The notes: generated by a model from the letters alone, not told the origin. DNA of 64,000 nt from Nemertoderma westbladi (GCA_032718475.1 JAUCBJ010001930.1:1-64000); one strand, 5' to 3'; positions 27,870-41,721 are shown, numbered from the stretch's first letter. A program made the numbers and translations.

Positions 27870-29594
27870 TTGCGGTCTTCCCCTCAGGTTACTAATGAAA
27901 GTTTGCCAAAAGATCCCAGGACTCTTCTACGGACTCCTAGGAGTGAATCATTGTGTTTAAACTTGTGCTTAAATAAATCTGGGGGTTTGTACTACTATTT
28001 TGGAATTGAAAATAGCATAAATTATATTCTCAACAGTAGTAATGAATGGAAGAAATTTGTATCACTTTCAATAGATTCTGCAAATAATTTATCTATACAA
28101 ATAAATGTGGATGGTCTCTCGGTATACAAGAGTTGTAATTCACAGTTATGGCCACTTCTAAGTAGAATAGTCTTTCCTTGTAAAACTGAACCATTTATAA
28201 TAGCTTTGTATTACGGTAATTCAAAACCAACAGATCTAGAGTTTTTGCATGATTTTTGTACTGAGTATAAGAGACTTCAAACGTGTGGAATTTCAATTAA
28301 TGGATTACAGTGCAATTGTACTATTACAATAACTGCCGTAGTTTGCGATGCTCCTGCGCGATCCTTTCTTAAATGCGTTAAAGGTCCTGGCGGGTACTTT
28401 GGTTGTGATCGATGCACAGTAGAGGGCGTTTGGGAAGATAAGGTTGTTTATCCCGATTTGGATGCGAGTTCTAGAACTGCTGAGGATTTTGCTTCACAAA
28501 CAGATGAAGACCATCATCGTGGAACATCCCCTTTATCTGATCTAAAAATAGATATGGTTCACCAGTTTCCCTTAGATTACATGCACCTTATTTGCTTAGG
28601 GGTAATGCGACGTTTAATATTTCTTTGGGTTAAAGGTCCACCTCAGTGTCGTCTCGGTAGTGTACTTACTAATCAATTGTCAAATATTCTACTTTCTTAT
28701 AAGAGTTACATACCGTCTGAATTTGCTAGGAAACCGCGTTCTATTGCCGAGGTTAAACGTTGGAAAGCCACAGAGTTCCGATTATTTCTACTGTACACCG
28801 GTCCAGTTGCGTTGAAGCCTATCTTATCTAAGTCATTGTATGATAACTTTATGTTATTTTTTGTAGCAACCTATCTTTGTCTTAGTCCATTGTACTGCAG
28901 TCTCTATGTCGATTATTCAAATAAATTGTTTCGTTTATTTGTTGAACATTATTCAAAGTTATATGGTTCAAATATGGTAGTATATAATGTTCATTGTTTA
29001 ATACATCTGGCTGAAGATGTTAAACGATTTGGAAATTTAGATAGAGTTTCTGCCTTTCCTTTTGAGAACTTTTTGGGCAGTTTGAAAAAACGACTTCGTT
29101 CTCCAAACCTCCCATTGCAGCAGCTAGTGTTGCGAGAGCTCGAGATCAGAAAAAATACTGGAAAGATTAATAAGAAATCAAATGACTCAGAAATTATACA
29201 CAAAATCGAACACAATGATGGGCCTTTAACAAGCACTTTCACCCATGCTCTAAACATACGACAGTACAAAAGTGTACTTATTAATAATAATATTACTTTG
29301 TCGAGGGAAGGTTGTGCTAATAATTGTATTAGTGTTAATAATTCTCCAATGTTGGTTCGTAATATTTTGAAAGTTGGCTCAGACACTGTTGTGATTTATC
29401 AAAAGTTTGTTTCTGTTTCTGATTTTTTTGTTTACCCGTTACAATCTAGTAAAATTGGCATTTTTAAGGTTGGAAATGTGTCCAGTGATTTGCACCATAT
29501 GAAACTAAAAACCGAAGAAATTCATAAGAATGTAATTTTACCGATAGGTAGAACTGATAATTCATTTGTATTAATCCCAATACTTCATTCATAA
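27870..29594 (+). CDS. EnSpm-like DDE transposase (the reading frame extends upstream of 27870 without an ATG, so probably a spliced exon)
   Basis: Motifs LPKDPRTLL, NVDG, CDAPARSFLK, GYFGCDRC, FPLDYMHLICLGV, WKATEFRLFLLY, YNVHCLIHL, SAFPFEN. In-frame upstream LRDFLSEWA...PQTALRALL. Confidence 0.85.
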   Translation: MRSSPQVTNESLPKDPRTLLRTPRSESLCLNLCLNKSGGLYYYFGIENSINYILNSSNEWKKFVSLSIDSANNLSIQINVDGLSVYKSCNSQLWPLLSRIVFPCKTEPFIIALYYGNSKPTDLEFLHDFCTEYKRLQTCGISINGLQCNCTITITAVVCDAPARSFLKCVKGPGGYFGCDRCTVEGVWEDKVVYPDLDASSRTAEDFASQTDEDHHRGTSPLSDLKIDMVHQFPLDYMHLICLGVMRRLIFLWVKGPPQCRLGSVLTNQLSNILLSYKSYIPSEFARKPRSIAEVKRWKATEFRLFLLYTGPVALKPILSKSLYDNFMLFFVATYLCLSPLYCSLYVDYSNKLFRLFVEHYSKLYGSNMVVYNVHCLIHLAEDVKRFGNLDRVSAFPFENFLGSLKKRLRSPNLPLQQLVLRELEIRKNTGKINKKSNDSEIIHKIEHNDGPLTSTFTHALNIRQYKSVLINNNITLSREGCANNCISVNNSPMLVRNILKVGSDTVVIYQKFVSVSDFFVYPLQSSKIGIFKVGNVSSDLHHMKLKTEEIHKNVILPIGRTDNSFVLIPILHS

Positions 29595-29930
29595 TTCGTG
29601 TGTCAACTGAGTTTTTAGTGTTTATGTTTACGTAATAGTAACATATGTAACAGATGGATACAGTAATACTTTTAAATTTGTTTACTCTTTTATTGAAAAA
29701 AACGTTGTGCTTTATGTTAATCTTCAAATTGATTCGTAATTAATTAGTTTTTGTTTACAAAGTAGTTATTCAAAGCATACATAGGTGGGCATTTAATTTA
29801 AGTAATTCTGGGCTTACTTCTTAATTAATTACTTTTACACTAAATATATTATTATAATGGCACGATTCATTCTGTGGGGCGAGTCAGTACTGTGAGCTAT
29901 CTGTGAATGGTATATAATAATAATTATACT

Positions 29931-30085
29931 AAGGTCAGTGCGTCACCTTCCTTTACTTTACATTGTAAAGGTCAGTGCGTCACCTTCCTTTACTTTACAT
30001 TGTAAAGGTCAGTGCGTCACCTTCCTTTACTTTACATTGTAAAGGTCAGTGCGTCACCCCCCTTTACTTTGCATTGTAAAGGTTA
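29931..30085. repeat. 37-bp tandem repeat, about 4 copies
   Basis: Unit AAGGTCAGTGCGTCACCTTCCTTTACTTTACATTGTA. Confidence 0.9.
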
Positions 30086-30554
30086 GCACCAATATATTAT
30101 ATTATGACTGTAGCCATAGTTTAAAATAACTGATCGCTGAAATGGTTTGCAGTTCTTAGGTTGTAATTAAAGCCCCCCCTCCCCCCCCCCCCCTCCCAGA
30201 ATACTTAAATTAAATGACCTCTTTTTAAGTTAAATGCTTAAAGTCCCTCTATAATGTAACATAGTCAGAATATTATGTATGTACATTTGCAACTATTATC
30301 TTCTAATTTGATAATATAATTACGTATTATTTGCAATCAAATGTTTTTTAATGTTCTTACAAAGTAACTACGGTAGGGGGAACTACAAATTATTGATCGC
30401 TGATGAAACCCAGATACCGGATTGTGGTGCATTTTGACCGCAAGTGAAAAAGTGATCTGTGCAAATTGGCCTTATATGAAATAAAGTTTGTGCAATCCAA
30501 ACAACCATTAATTCAACGTTGATTAAAGGTTGTAATTTAACCAAATGTTGTTAC

Positions 30555-31277
30555 AATGGCAACGAACGTTCATCGTTGATGCAACATTGCAATATAGTTA
30601 GGAATATACCGTTATTACAACGTAACTTCAATGAGAAAACAACCACTTATTCAACGTTGATTCAACGTCTAACTGCAATGTTACATTGTTACAATGATAA
30701 CTAACAGTCAACGTTGATGCAACATTGCAATATAGTTAGGAATATACCGTTATTACAACGTAACTTCAATGAGCAAACAACCACTTATTCAACGTTGATT
30801 CAACGTCTAACTGCAATGTTACATTGTTACAATGATAACTAACAGTCAACGTTGATGCAACATTGCAATATAGTTAGGAATATACCGTTATTACAACGTA
30901 ACTTCAATGAGCAAACAACCACTTATTCAACGTTGATTCAACGTCTAACTGCAATGTTACATTGTTACAATGATAACTAACAGTCAACGTTGATGCAACA
31001 TTGCAATATAGTTAGGAATATACCGTTATTACAACGTAACTTCAATGAGCAAACAACCACTTATTCAACGTTGATTCAACGTCTAACTGCAATGTTACAT
31101 TGTTACAATGATAACTAACAGTCAACGTTGATGCAACATTGCAATATAGTTAGGAATATACCGTTATTACAACGTAACTTCAATGAGCAAACAACCACTT
31201 ATTCAACGTTGATTCAACGTCTAACTGCAATGTTACATTGTTACAATGATAACTAACAGTCAACGTTGATGCAACGT
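30555..31277. repeat. 138-bp subterminal tandem repeat, about 5 copies, rich in CAACGTTG
   Basis: AACATTGCAATATAG recurs at 30583, 30721, 30859 and onward; the array abuts the terminal repeat. Confidence 0.93.
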
Positions 31278-31461
31278 TTCTGTGTTACCTGGGATAAGAC
31301 ACATAAATGAATAGGTTAAACTGTTAAAGGTCTAAAAGCGCGAACACTACCTAACCAAGAACAAGCGGACCCACAATTGTGAGTGACCGTGTAACAACTT
31401 TCCAACAGCACCCACTGAGGCTTCAAACTGATACAGACAGAAGTGCGGCCGTATGTGTACG

Positions 31462-31984
31462 GTTACGTGTGTAAGGCTTGGGTAGCTCTATCAAAAATGG
31501 ATACCATCTGGAAATCAGATCTCTCCAGGCACCTGAAGACTAAGTTCTTTCGAGCCACAGTGGAAAGTGTATTTTTATACGGGGGTGAGACCTGGACACT
31601 GACTAAATCACTTGAACAACGAATTGATGGTTGCTACACAAGACTACTAAGGGAAGCCCGAAACATCAGCTGGAGACGACACATGACAAATACCGAGCTT
31701 TATGGTACAATACCACCTGTATCAACCACCCTTCGTGAACGCAGATTAAGATTCAGTGGGCACTGCTGGCGAAGTAAAGACGAGGTCATACCAGATCTAC
31801 TTCTCTGGCAACCAACTCATGGAAAGCGCAGTCGTGGACGACCGGCCATAACGTATATAGATCAACTTGAAAGGGATACTGAACTAGGGAGAAACGAAAT
31901 TGCGACAACTATGGAGAATCGGAAAGCCTGGAAGGATCTCATTTCCACTGTCAGAGTTCGCTCGACCTAGTAGTAGTAGTAGTA
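31462..31984 (+). mobile_element. 5'-truncated RTE-clade LINE
   Basis: IWKSDLS...VESVFLYGGETW...RRLRFSGHCWR...RGRP; (TAG)n tail; 11-bp TSD GTATGTGTACG (31451, 31985); empty site in copy A at about 11809. Confidence 0.92.
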
Positions 31985-33686
31985 GTATGTGTACGACACG
32001 AACTGCTCCTGGCAGAACCATTCGGGTTAGTGCGGTTTAACTGCAATACATGCGGGGAGTGTTTTTCACGCGACAAATGTATCCGCAATTGGGAGAGATT
32101 GTAACTGTAATGTTTGTAAGAAACGTTTGTCAACTTCCGGTGATACAGTTAGACACGATCTTTCCCAGATTGCATAATAAACTAGTAACCTAAGTAGAGT
32201 ATTGTAGTTAGTTGGATATTATGATAGTACTAGAGTATACATACACCATGACCTGGAATATAGCGTCGTAATTCAGTGACTTGGACCGGACCCCCCCCCC
32301 CCCCCCCCCCTCAACCCTTTTCTAAGAATGCCTTATTAAGAATGAATAACATTGTTTATAATCCTGCGATCGACAGCTGCAATACAGTATGCCGATAGTA
32401 CTGGTGAATTCAAATTGGGGTGGGGTCCAAGTTAATTCATTGAATTGCGACACTATATTTCACAGCACTCTGGAATATCAGAGTAGATTACGACCGATTA
32501 CAACCCCGGCCATTCTATATCTCTGGTTATAATTTTGGTTTAATTGATTATTTTAAGTAAATAATTGTATGGCGCTGGAATTTAAACATTTACAATTTTC
32601 GTAGATTTGCAATATTTTTAGGAGCTCGCTTAAAGTAAGATTAAAATTATTTTGCAATTGATTACTGGATGTTTTACTGACATATAAATTCGATATAATC
32701 AATATTTTTCAGTTCTGCTTGAACTATTTATTAGATATTCAAAAAATTTACTTAACTATATTTACTTCGGGATCCCGCTCCAAAAATGTCGGGATCAGGG
32801 CCGGGATTGCAATTTTCGCCGGAATCTCGGTTTTTCTGGATCGGGATCCCGTTATAATTTAAACGGGATGAGAATTTTCCGGGGTCGCTATCGAAATTGC
32901 AAGTTTGATTTTAATTTTTAATTTCACGAATTTTGGGATATTTTTATCACTTTATAACACACTGCCAAAATATTAGTAAGATAAAGTTATATTACAATTA
33001 ATTTAGTTAGTCATAGTTCACAGATGGGATTTTGCAGTTTTCAACGCACCGCTGTCAACACTGCAGTTATCCAGTGGTGCACGCGCACAATAACAAAATT
33101 GAATATTACCCCCAAAAGGATTCAATCGTTGTGTAAAGCTTGAAAATTCATGTTGAAAGTCGTTGTTATTACTTTGTTTCCTCGGCATAAATTCACGGAA
33201 AATACTTCCAATAGATGGATATTACGTTGTTAAAACGATGGCCGTTGGGCACCATCGTAACTACAATACATAGATAATTGGATCCATGATAGATAAATTG
33301 GCGCCAACTAATCTAGCGAGGTATTGTTAAACAACCTCTGTTACGATTTTCTACAGTGACGAGGCCGCAAACCTTTCATTGTAAAGTTCCAGTATTCCCC
33401 GAATCAAACTCGCAGAGTTACCCATCGATGTTGGTAGGGATAGAGGCCCAAATGTTCTTAGTAGCTACCGGTGCATCTGTTACATCTATTGTATTTGGAT
33501 CTAATTTAGGTACCCAATTATATTCCTACGTTCACTCCTAAGGCGCTCCACTCCCCTAAGCACTGTAGCTGCTGCATTCGGTATTACAGTCAGCCAAACC
33601 CAGAAAGTATTAAAGGCCCCAAAATGTTGAAGTTTGTGTCATTAAATTGAATTATTAATTGAAATAGAAGCTTGAAAATCCAATAA

Positions 33687-34377
33687 TAAAGAGTTAATTG
33701 TATTTATTTATGAATCAAGCACGTTAAGTGAAAACCTTACCGGTAGGTATCTGAGCGCCAAAGCATGTAAAAAACTAAAAAGCAACAAGACCTAGACGTT
33801 GCATGCAATCAGTGATCAGCTGACGGCAGCCTGCTGATCGGTAGATTTCGCCCCGCAACTGAAGGCATTCTCAGGTGGCCAAGCCAGGAAATATCGAGAG
33901 AGATTCCCAAAGGGGGACGGAACAGGTAACGAAATGAAGAAATGTCTGTACTGTAACTGTATTGTCCTATTGTAAGGGGGAATATGTTGGACACACCAAC
34001 CAACACTTGTTTGAACGCGTTAGACAGCACCAGGGTGGAACAGCCAATGATGGGAGCAAACATGGTAAGACTGTGCACAACCACATTGTGACACACCGCG
34101 GCGAGCCCAATACACATTGGCTGACTGACTGGCGTGAATTGTGTAAACATTTCACTGTAATTGCTAGACACCCGTTGCGGCCAGTCTTGCAAAAGTTTGA
34201 AATGTATTACATCCAAACACACAAGCCGGTTATCAACAAGCAGAAACGTGACTGACGCAAGTTTACAGTGCTGCTTCCCAGTGGTTAGTTACAGTACATG
34301 CATTTCTTCATTTCGTTACCTGTTCCGTCCCCTTTTTGGAATCTATCTTGATAATTCCTGGCTTGGCCTACTGAGAA
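33687..34377. mobile_element. Penelope-like remnant, copy B (inverted pair, interrupted by a LINE; resumes 39624-39642)
   Basis: Same GIY-YIG C-terminus (ORF 33962-34255) and inverted 3' end as 13385-16009. Confidence 0.8.
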
Positions 34378-34576
34378 GCTTTAAGAACCCCACTACTATG
34401 AAGAAGATCTGGTACTGCTATACTGCTTACCGGTAATGGTTTAATGGCCTAACCCCTGTTTTACTCTGGCAATAGTCTGACTCACAAATATTTAAAGCTA
34501 CCGTATACAACAACAACTGACAACTGAGTGTCGGTGTCACAGTGAAAACTACATCGAATAATCATACAGTTTTGCA

Positions 34577-35332
34577 ATGCCGCGCCCACGATCTGGTAAC
34601 AGAAATACTGGACCATCCCCGCATCCGGCAAACGGTGATGATACAGATTGTGAACAGGGTGGAACCGACTACTCGGGAAATTCATCGATTGAAACCCTAA
34701 TCGCTGAACTTAGTAGAGAATTCAAAAGGGAGATTTCGGTATTGAACGACAAAATCGATAAACTAACTAACCTTACTGAGGAAGTCGCTGAAGTGAAATA
34801 CGAGAATACTATCCTTAAAGAAGAGCTTCAAACTCTTAAAAAATCTCATGAGGACCTCGAACAATACACTCGACTCAATACCATACTTCTACACGGACTT
34901 AAAGAGGACCGACCGGTTAGCGAAACAGCTAATGACCGACAATTTGTCGAGAAGCTTTTATCGCACTCAAGGTATGGCATCACAACAGGCCAGATCGACA
35001 TCGTCCACCGTGTGGGAGCTAAACGAGACAATCGCAACCGACCCGTAATTATACGATTTATCGGACACGCCCAAAGGAACCAACTGCTCTACGTCCCCAA
35101 GAAAGACCACCCGGAACAAATGAAGGGGCTCTACTTCACAGAGAACCTGATCCCACAGCGCGCTGCCATTCTCAATAAGGCGACGGACGCCAAGAGAAAA
35201 CAACTGCTCCACTCCGCATACTCCCGAAATGGAAACGTATATGTCAAATACGACAGAGCGACCCCAGCAAAGCAGATCCCAACCGTGGACGCCTTAAATA
35301 ATCTGCTGAAATCGACTACTATTACAAAGTAG
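34577..35332 (+). CDS. LINE ORF1 (coiled coil plus RRM-like domain)
   Basis: Heptad-rich region then LEQYTRLNTILLHGL, IDIVHRVG, RPVIIRF, YFTENL, AYSRNGNVYV. Confidence 0.85.
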   Translation: MPRPRSGNRNTGPSPHPANGDDTDCEQGGTDYSGNSSIETLIAELSREFKREISVLNDKIDKLTNLTEEVAEVKYENTILKEELQTLKKSHEDLEQYTRLNTILLHGLKEDRPVSETANDRQFVEKLLSHSRYGITTGQIDIVHRVGAKRDNRNRPVIIRFIGHAQRNQLLYVPKKDHPEQMKGLYFTENLIPQRAAILNKATDAKRKQLLHSAYSRNGNVYVKYDRATPAKQIPTVDALNNLLKSTTITK

Positions 35333-35922
35333 CTCCAGAAAGATCGAGAATCGGAATGTATCGCAACCCTTTTTCACGGCTTTCTGTAACTAAAATGTGT
35401 CAGCATTACACTATGATTTAAATATTACTTAATAAATATAATTTAGTATATACAGATATTTGAACGGTGTTTTTGGCTTTTTAGTATATACCTACTAAGT
35501 TTACAATATCAAACTAAGTAACTAAATGTGTCGGCATTACACTATGATTAAAATAAAAAATATACTAAATACGTATAATGTGTATATGAATGGTGTATAT
35601 GGTATTCTAGTATACCTGCTAAGTTCTCACTAACAAACAGTAATTAAATGTATTAGCATTACTTAATATAATCCTACTAAGCAAACATGCGTAATATAGG
35701 TAGCTTTGAACACAATTTTTTTTATTTTGCTAGATTAGACTATCTGTCAGTGTTATAAATTTTTTATATTGGGCTATTGACTAATGGTAACCGGTATTTT
35801 GTATACAATATAGCATAGAGGTATATCTGTCTATGCTACATATAATAGATTTTTAGCTTAATAGTACGTATATATACATATTAGATAGGTATTGAACATT
35901 TTTTTTTTTAGGATGGAACCTT

Positions 35923-38900
35923 ATGTACCAAGGCAGTCACCCTTCGTGCGATTTTTGCTTCTCCCAAATAAATATTACTGAGAAACAATTTAACTGTACC
36001 CTTTGTCGCAATATATACCACGTACCCTGCGGAACACACTTAAGCACCTCTGATATACTAAACGGAAATACAACAGACAATAATTACTGTATATTCTGCA
36101 ACCTATAAATTTTCCCTTTTGCTGTAGTTCCAGACAATGACACTGACATATTTAACCAGGACTCGAACACAGACGACAGTTCTCTACCAACAGACTATAC
36201 TGAGACAAACAACATATTTGAAGACATAGACCCGGACCAAAATATAAACTCAAATAACACAGACGGTACATACTTTACAGAACAGAAATTTAATGATGCT
36301 ACATTCAAAAAATCACTACTGGTATACCACATAAACTGTAGGAGCCTAAATAAAAACCTGACATCGACCATCGACTATCTCAACTTACTCGACAAACGGT
36401 TTGATGTAATTACCTTTACAGAGACTTTTTTGACAGACGAAACTGACCTAACTACTTTAAATATAGACGGATACTCGCAACCATTAGTAGACAACAGACA
36501 GTATGGAAAACGGAGCCGTGGTGGAACTGCCATTTACGTAAAAAACGGACTAGAATACACCTGCCATACGGACATAAACATTGAACGTTGCGAATCTTCC
36601 TGGGTCAGTGTTTCCCAATCTAAACAAAGTAACAGAAAACCCATTTTAATTGGTACCATATATCGACCCGAATCATACAAATTATCAGATTTTTTGGAAA
36701 ATTTAAACTGTACATTAGATGAAATTTCAAATAAAAATATAGATTCAATTATAACCGGTGATTTCAACATTGACCTTCTACGAAAACAAAACACTAACAG
36801 TAGTACATATCTTCAAACACTCGAATCCAATTCATTTGAACAACTGATTAAAGTAGCCACTAGAATTACGCTCCACTCAAAAACCTTGATTGATCATATC
36901 TTTACCAATATAAAGGATAAAACCTTAACTCCGGGTGTTTTTCAAGCAGAAGTAGGGACAACCGATCACTTAGGAACCTTCATATCAATACAAAACACAG
37001 CATGTTTTTTTAATCCACCGGAATCCCGCTTCAAATACGACATTTCAAAATTCGACAAAAAACTATTTTTAAGCGATCTAACTAAGACAAACAGCTGGAC
37101 ATATAAAAACGAAAAAAATGAAGACAAATTCAACCAATTTTATGAAGACTTTAAAAAAATTGCAAATTTTCATCTTCCAAAAAAGAAAATAAACAAGGAC
37201 GAAATACCTAGGAAACCTTGGATGACCGAAGGTCTAATTAAATCTATTAAAACTAAAAATAAAATGTACGTATCCGTTACAAAAAATATGACCGAAGAAA
37301 AACTAACTCAATATAAAAAATATAGAAATAAACTGACTAAAACACTCAGACAGGCTGAAAAATCATTTTACGAAAACGAATTTGAAAAAAACAAATCAAA
37401 CATAAGAAAGACATGGCAGACTATCAACACCGCATTAAAAAAATCAACTGCAAAAAAATCCCCTAAAAAAATTATTATTGACGAAAATGGAAAGAAAAGG
37501 GAAATTACTGACCCAGAGAAGATATGCAACGTATTCAACAATCACTTTGCTACTGTAGGATCCAGACTAGCAAAAGATCTACCAACAACAAATCGTAACC
37601 CAACTAGATATATTAACCATTGTAAACCCAACTCCTTTTCACTCGTAGAAACGACAAATACCGAAACTATTTACAATATACTTGATCTTGACAACTCTCG
37701 ATCCAACAACGACAGTTTCCCTATTAAATTAATTAAAACAGCAGCGTATGATCTCGCAGCGCACCTAACCTACCTAATTAATCTATCAGTTAAGCATGGC
37801 TTTTTTCCCTCTAATCTAAAATCAGCAAAAATCATACCTGTATTTAAATCTGGCGATCCCACTGATAAAAACAACTATAGGCCTATATCATTATTACCTG
37901 TATTTAGCAAGCTTTTTGAACGAGTAATCAACAATCAACTACTATCCTACTTAAACAAAAATTCAATACTATCAGACAGCCAGTACGGTTTTAGAACACA
38001 CTCCACTACGACAGACGCCATACTCACGGTAACTGAGAGACTACTACAGATACTAGACTCACAGGAATATGCTTGTCTAGTGCTTAAGAAAGCATTTGAT
38101 ACACTACAACACCAAATACTATTGGACAAACTAGACTGCTATGGCATACGAGGCATCCCACACAAACTGCTGACTAGCTACTTACACAAGAGAACACATA
38201 CCGTTGCTATAGGCAACTCTACTTCAGAATCAATACATGCTTCCTGCGGTACCCCACAGGGAGCAATACTGAGCGCAACACTGTTCCTACTGTACATAAA
38301 TGACCTACCAAATTGTACTTCACTACTAACAACACTATTTGCGGACGACACGAATCTACTTTATTATCACTCAAACCCTGACACATTACAAGACAATATC
38401 ACTACTGAACTTAGTAAACTTGATCAGTGGCTCACTGACAACCAACTATCACTAAACCTTAAAAAAACAGAACACTTAATTATCACAAATAAAAAACACG
38501 CCAACATTGCAAATATAAAAATACGACAAACTCCTATTAAAAAAGTAATTCACACAAAATTTCTTGGAATATGGACAGACAATGAACTAACATGGAAAAA
38601 TCACTGTGCCTACGTGCTTAAAAAAATTTCAAAATCTATAGGTATTTTCTTTAAACTTCGCTACATTCTACCACTACACATACTTAAACTACTCTACCAC
38701 TCCCTTATACAACCATACATTACATACGGGATAGTGATCTGGGGAAATGCTCAACCTGCACACATTAACCCAATTAAAATTAAAGTTAACAAACTTATCA
38801 GAGCAGTTACTTTCAGTCACTACCAAAAACACGCACCACCACTTTACAAACAACTTAACATACTTCCGATCGAACAACTACACCGACTCGAAACCGCAAA

Positions 38901-39168
38901 ATTAATGTGGGAAATCAACCACGGAAAGAAACAACCTTTTATTACCTCACTGTTTAAACAAATATCCACTATACATACATATAACACACGGTCAGCCTCA
39001 AGTAAAAACTGTTTTATTCCACGTATACGTTTACAACACGCACAAAAATCACTAAAATATCACGGTGCCATTGTCTGGAACTCGTTAGACAACAGTCTAA
39101 AACAATGCAAATCTAAAATATCACTCGCACACAAATTAAAAATTCAATTAATTTCTGAACTAAACTAA
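35923..39168 (+). pseudogene. LINE ORF2 (PHD-like finger, AP endonuclease, RT) with one in-frame stop and a deletion in the RT motif
   Basis: 35923-36108 and 36430-39168 share a frame across TAA at 36106-36108. HINCRSL, GDFN, LIDHIF, NYRPISLL, PQG, FADD are present. LVLKKAFDT lacks the usual FLD. Confidence 0.88.
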
Positions 39169-41721
39169 ATAAAACATCAATACTGAACATAAGGGTACTT
39201 AAGTAAGTAAACTAAATTAAATAACATAAATAAATAAATAAAATAAAATTTTACAGTAAAACAATAATCACTTGAATAACTAACTTCTTTATAAACACAA
39301 ACAAATACTATACACACATACTTTAATAACGTAGGGAAAGCAAAAACCGTATTATTTCTACCAAGGGTGACAGCCCAGCAACCCCCCCCCCCCCCCCCCC
39401 CTCCAAAAAGACCGCTGACGGAAGCCAACTACACTAGCTTAGGCTACAGTTGGCTTCTATCAGTGCATTGCATCATAACTCTAAAAGACGCCCCCTAACC
39501 CTAACCAAATTCATCAATACCTTTCTAAATATTACCAAAGTGGTGGCGGTTATATTACCGGTACAATAATGTGCGGTCTATTCGAGAAAGGAAATAATAA
39601 TAATAATCAGTTAATAATAATCAGAGAATGCCTTCAGTTGCGGTCAGCCAAACCCAGAAGGTATTTAAGGCCTCAACTGCTGAGGTTTGTGTCATTAAAT
39701 TGAATTATATTGGTAATATTTAGACTGTCACATCTATACTTCAGTTAGTCCGAATTGTATTAAATATGTCTTCGAATACTTTGAGCGACGCTGCTTGGGA
39801 TTTACTGGATCGTATCATGGCAGATGAAAGTGATTCTCAGTCCGGTGAGGAGGAACAAGATAAATGCGTCACTCCAGCAACTGTTAATAACGAAATCAGC
39901 AACACAAACAGCGGTATAAACGTTATCAGTTTTAAATCAGAAGCGGGAGCTATTTGCGGTACTTCTGAAGATAAATCTCGAAAGATCAAACAAGAGTTCT
40001 GTACAGATGAACAATATTCTAATAATCAAATCGACAACACAAGCAGCGGTATAAACGTTATCAGTTTTAAATCAGAAGCGGGAGCTATTTTCGGTACTTC
40101 TGAAGATAAATCTCGAGTTGTAAGACACGATTTCTGTATTGGGAAACCATCTCCTTGTGAAGTTATTGATAAGTCCGTTTTCAAATGTAAGCGAATTAAT
40201 CGCAAAGTAAATTTGAAGAATCGTAAACAATCATTGCATAAAGGTATCAAGTATAAATGTGAATCTTTCGACAAACAATTTAGAAACAAACTGAGTCTAA
40301 AGAGACACGTGAGATCAATTCACAAGCGTATCAAGTATAAATGCGTTTATTGCGATAAATTGTTCACACAGGAAGGAAATCTAAAGAAACACCTGGAATC
40401 AGTACATAAAGGTATCAAGTATAATTGCGGTTCTTGTGACAAACAATTTAGTGACAAACAGAGTCTGAAGAGACACATGGAATCAGTACATAAAGGTATC
40501 AAGTATAAATGCGTTTATTGAGATAAATTGTTCACACAGGAAGGAAATCTAAAGAAACACCTGGAATCAGTACATAAAGGTATCAAGTATAATTGCGGTT
40601 CTTGTGACAAACAATTTAGTGACAAACAGAGTCTGAAGAGACACATGGAATCAGTACATAAAGGTATCAAGTATAATTGCGGTTCTTGTGACAAACAATT
40701 TAGTGACAAACAGAGTCTGAAGAGACACATGGAATCAGTACATAAAGGCATCAAGTATAATTGCGGTTCTTGTGACAAACAATTCACTGACAAAGGATAT
40801 CTGAAGAAACACATGCAATCAGTACATAAAGGTATCAAGTATAATTGCGGTTCTTGTGACAAACAATTTAGTGACAAACAGAGTCTGAAGAGACACATGG
40901 AATCAGTACATAAAGGTATCAAGTATAATTGCAGTTCCTGTGACAAACAATTTAGTGACAAAGGACATCTGAAGAGACACATGGAATCAGTACATAAAGG
41001 TATCAAGTATAATTGCGCTTCTTGTGACAAACAATTTAGTGACAAACAGAGTCTGAAGAGACACATGGAATCAGTACATAAAGGCATCAAGTATTATTGC
41101 GGTTCTTGTGACAAACAATTTACTCAAAAAGGATATCTAAGGACCCACATGGAATGAGTACATAAAGGTATCATGTGTAAGTGCGGTTCTTGTGACAAAC
41201 AATTCAATGATAGAGGATATCTGAAGAAACACATGGAATCAGTACATAAAAGGCATCAAGTATATTGCGGTTCTTGTGACAAACAATTTAGTGACAAAGG
41301 ATATCTGAAGAAACCCATGGAATCAGTACATTAAGGTATCAAGTATAAGTGCGGTTCTTGTGACAAACAATTCAATGATAGAGGATATCTGAAGAAACAC
41401 ATGGAATCAGTACATAAAAGGCATCAAGTAATTGCGGTTCTTGTGACAAACAATTTAGTGACAAAGGATATCTGAAGAAACACATGGAATCAGTACATAT
41501 AGGTATCAAGTATAATTGTGGTTCTTGTGACAAACAATTTACTCAAAAAGGACATCTAAGGACCCACATGGAATCAGTACATAAAGGTATCAAGTATAAT
41601 TGCGGTTCTTGTGACAAACAATTTAGTGACAAAGGATATCTAAAGAAACACATGGAATCAGTACATAAAGGTATCAAGTATAATTGCGGTTCTTGTGACA
41701 AACAATTTAGTGACAAACAGA

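Larger units (their letters stand above)
22200..31293 (+). mobile_element. EnSpm/CACTA-like (animal type) DNA transposon; right end intact, left end not found
   Basis: Transposase plus accessory gene on the same strand. Right terminus TGTGTTACCTGGG (CCCAGGTAACACA on the minus strand) is preceded by CAACGTTG-rich subterminal repeats. Left boundary is approximate. Confidence 0.7.
34378..39623 (+). mobile_element. Full-length L2/CR1-group LINE (Crack/Daphne-like)
   Basis: ORF1 plus ORF2; 3' UTR stem GAAGCCAACT/AGTTGGCTTC (39421-39457); AATAAT-type tail; 5-bp TSD GAGAA (34373, 39624); absent from duplicate copy A. Confidence 0.92.

Noticed and set aside
40515-41090. Cys/Leu-rich minus-strand repeat protein
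   Set aside because: Antisense shadow of the zinc-finger array.
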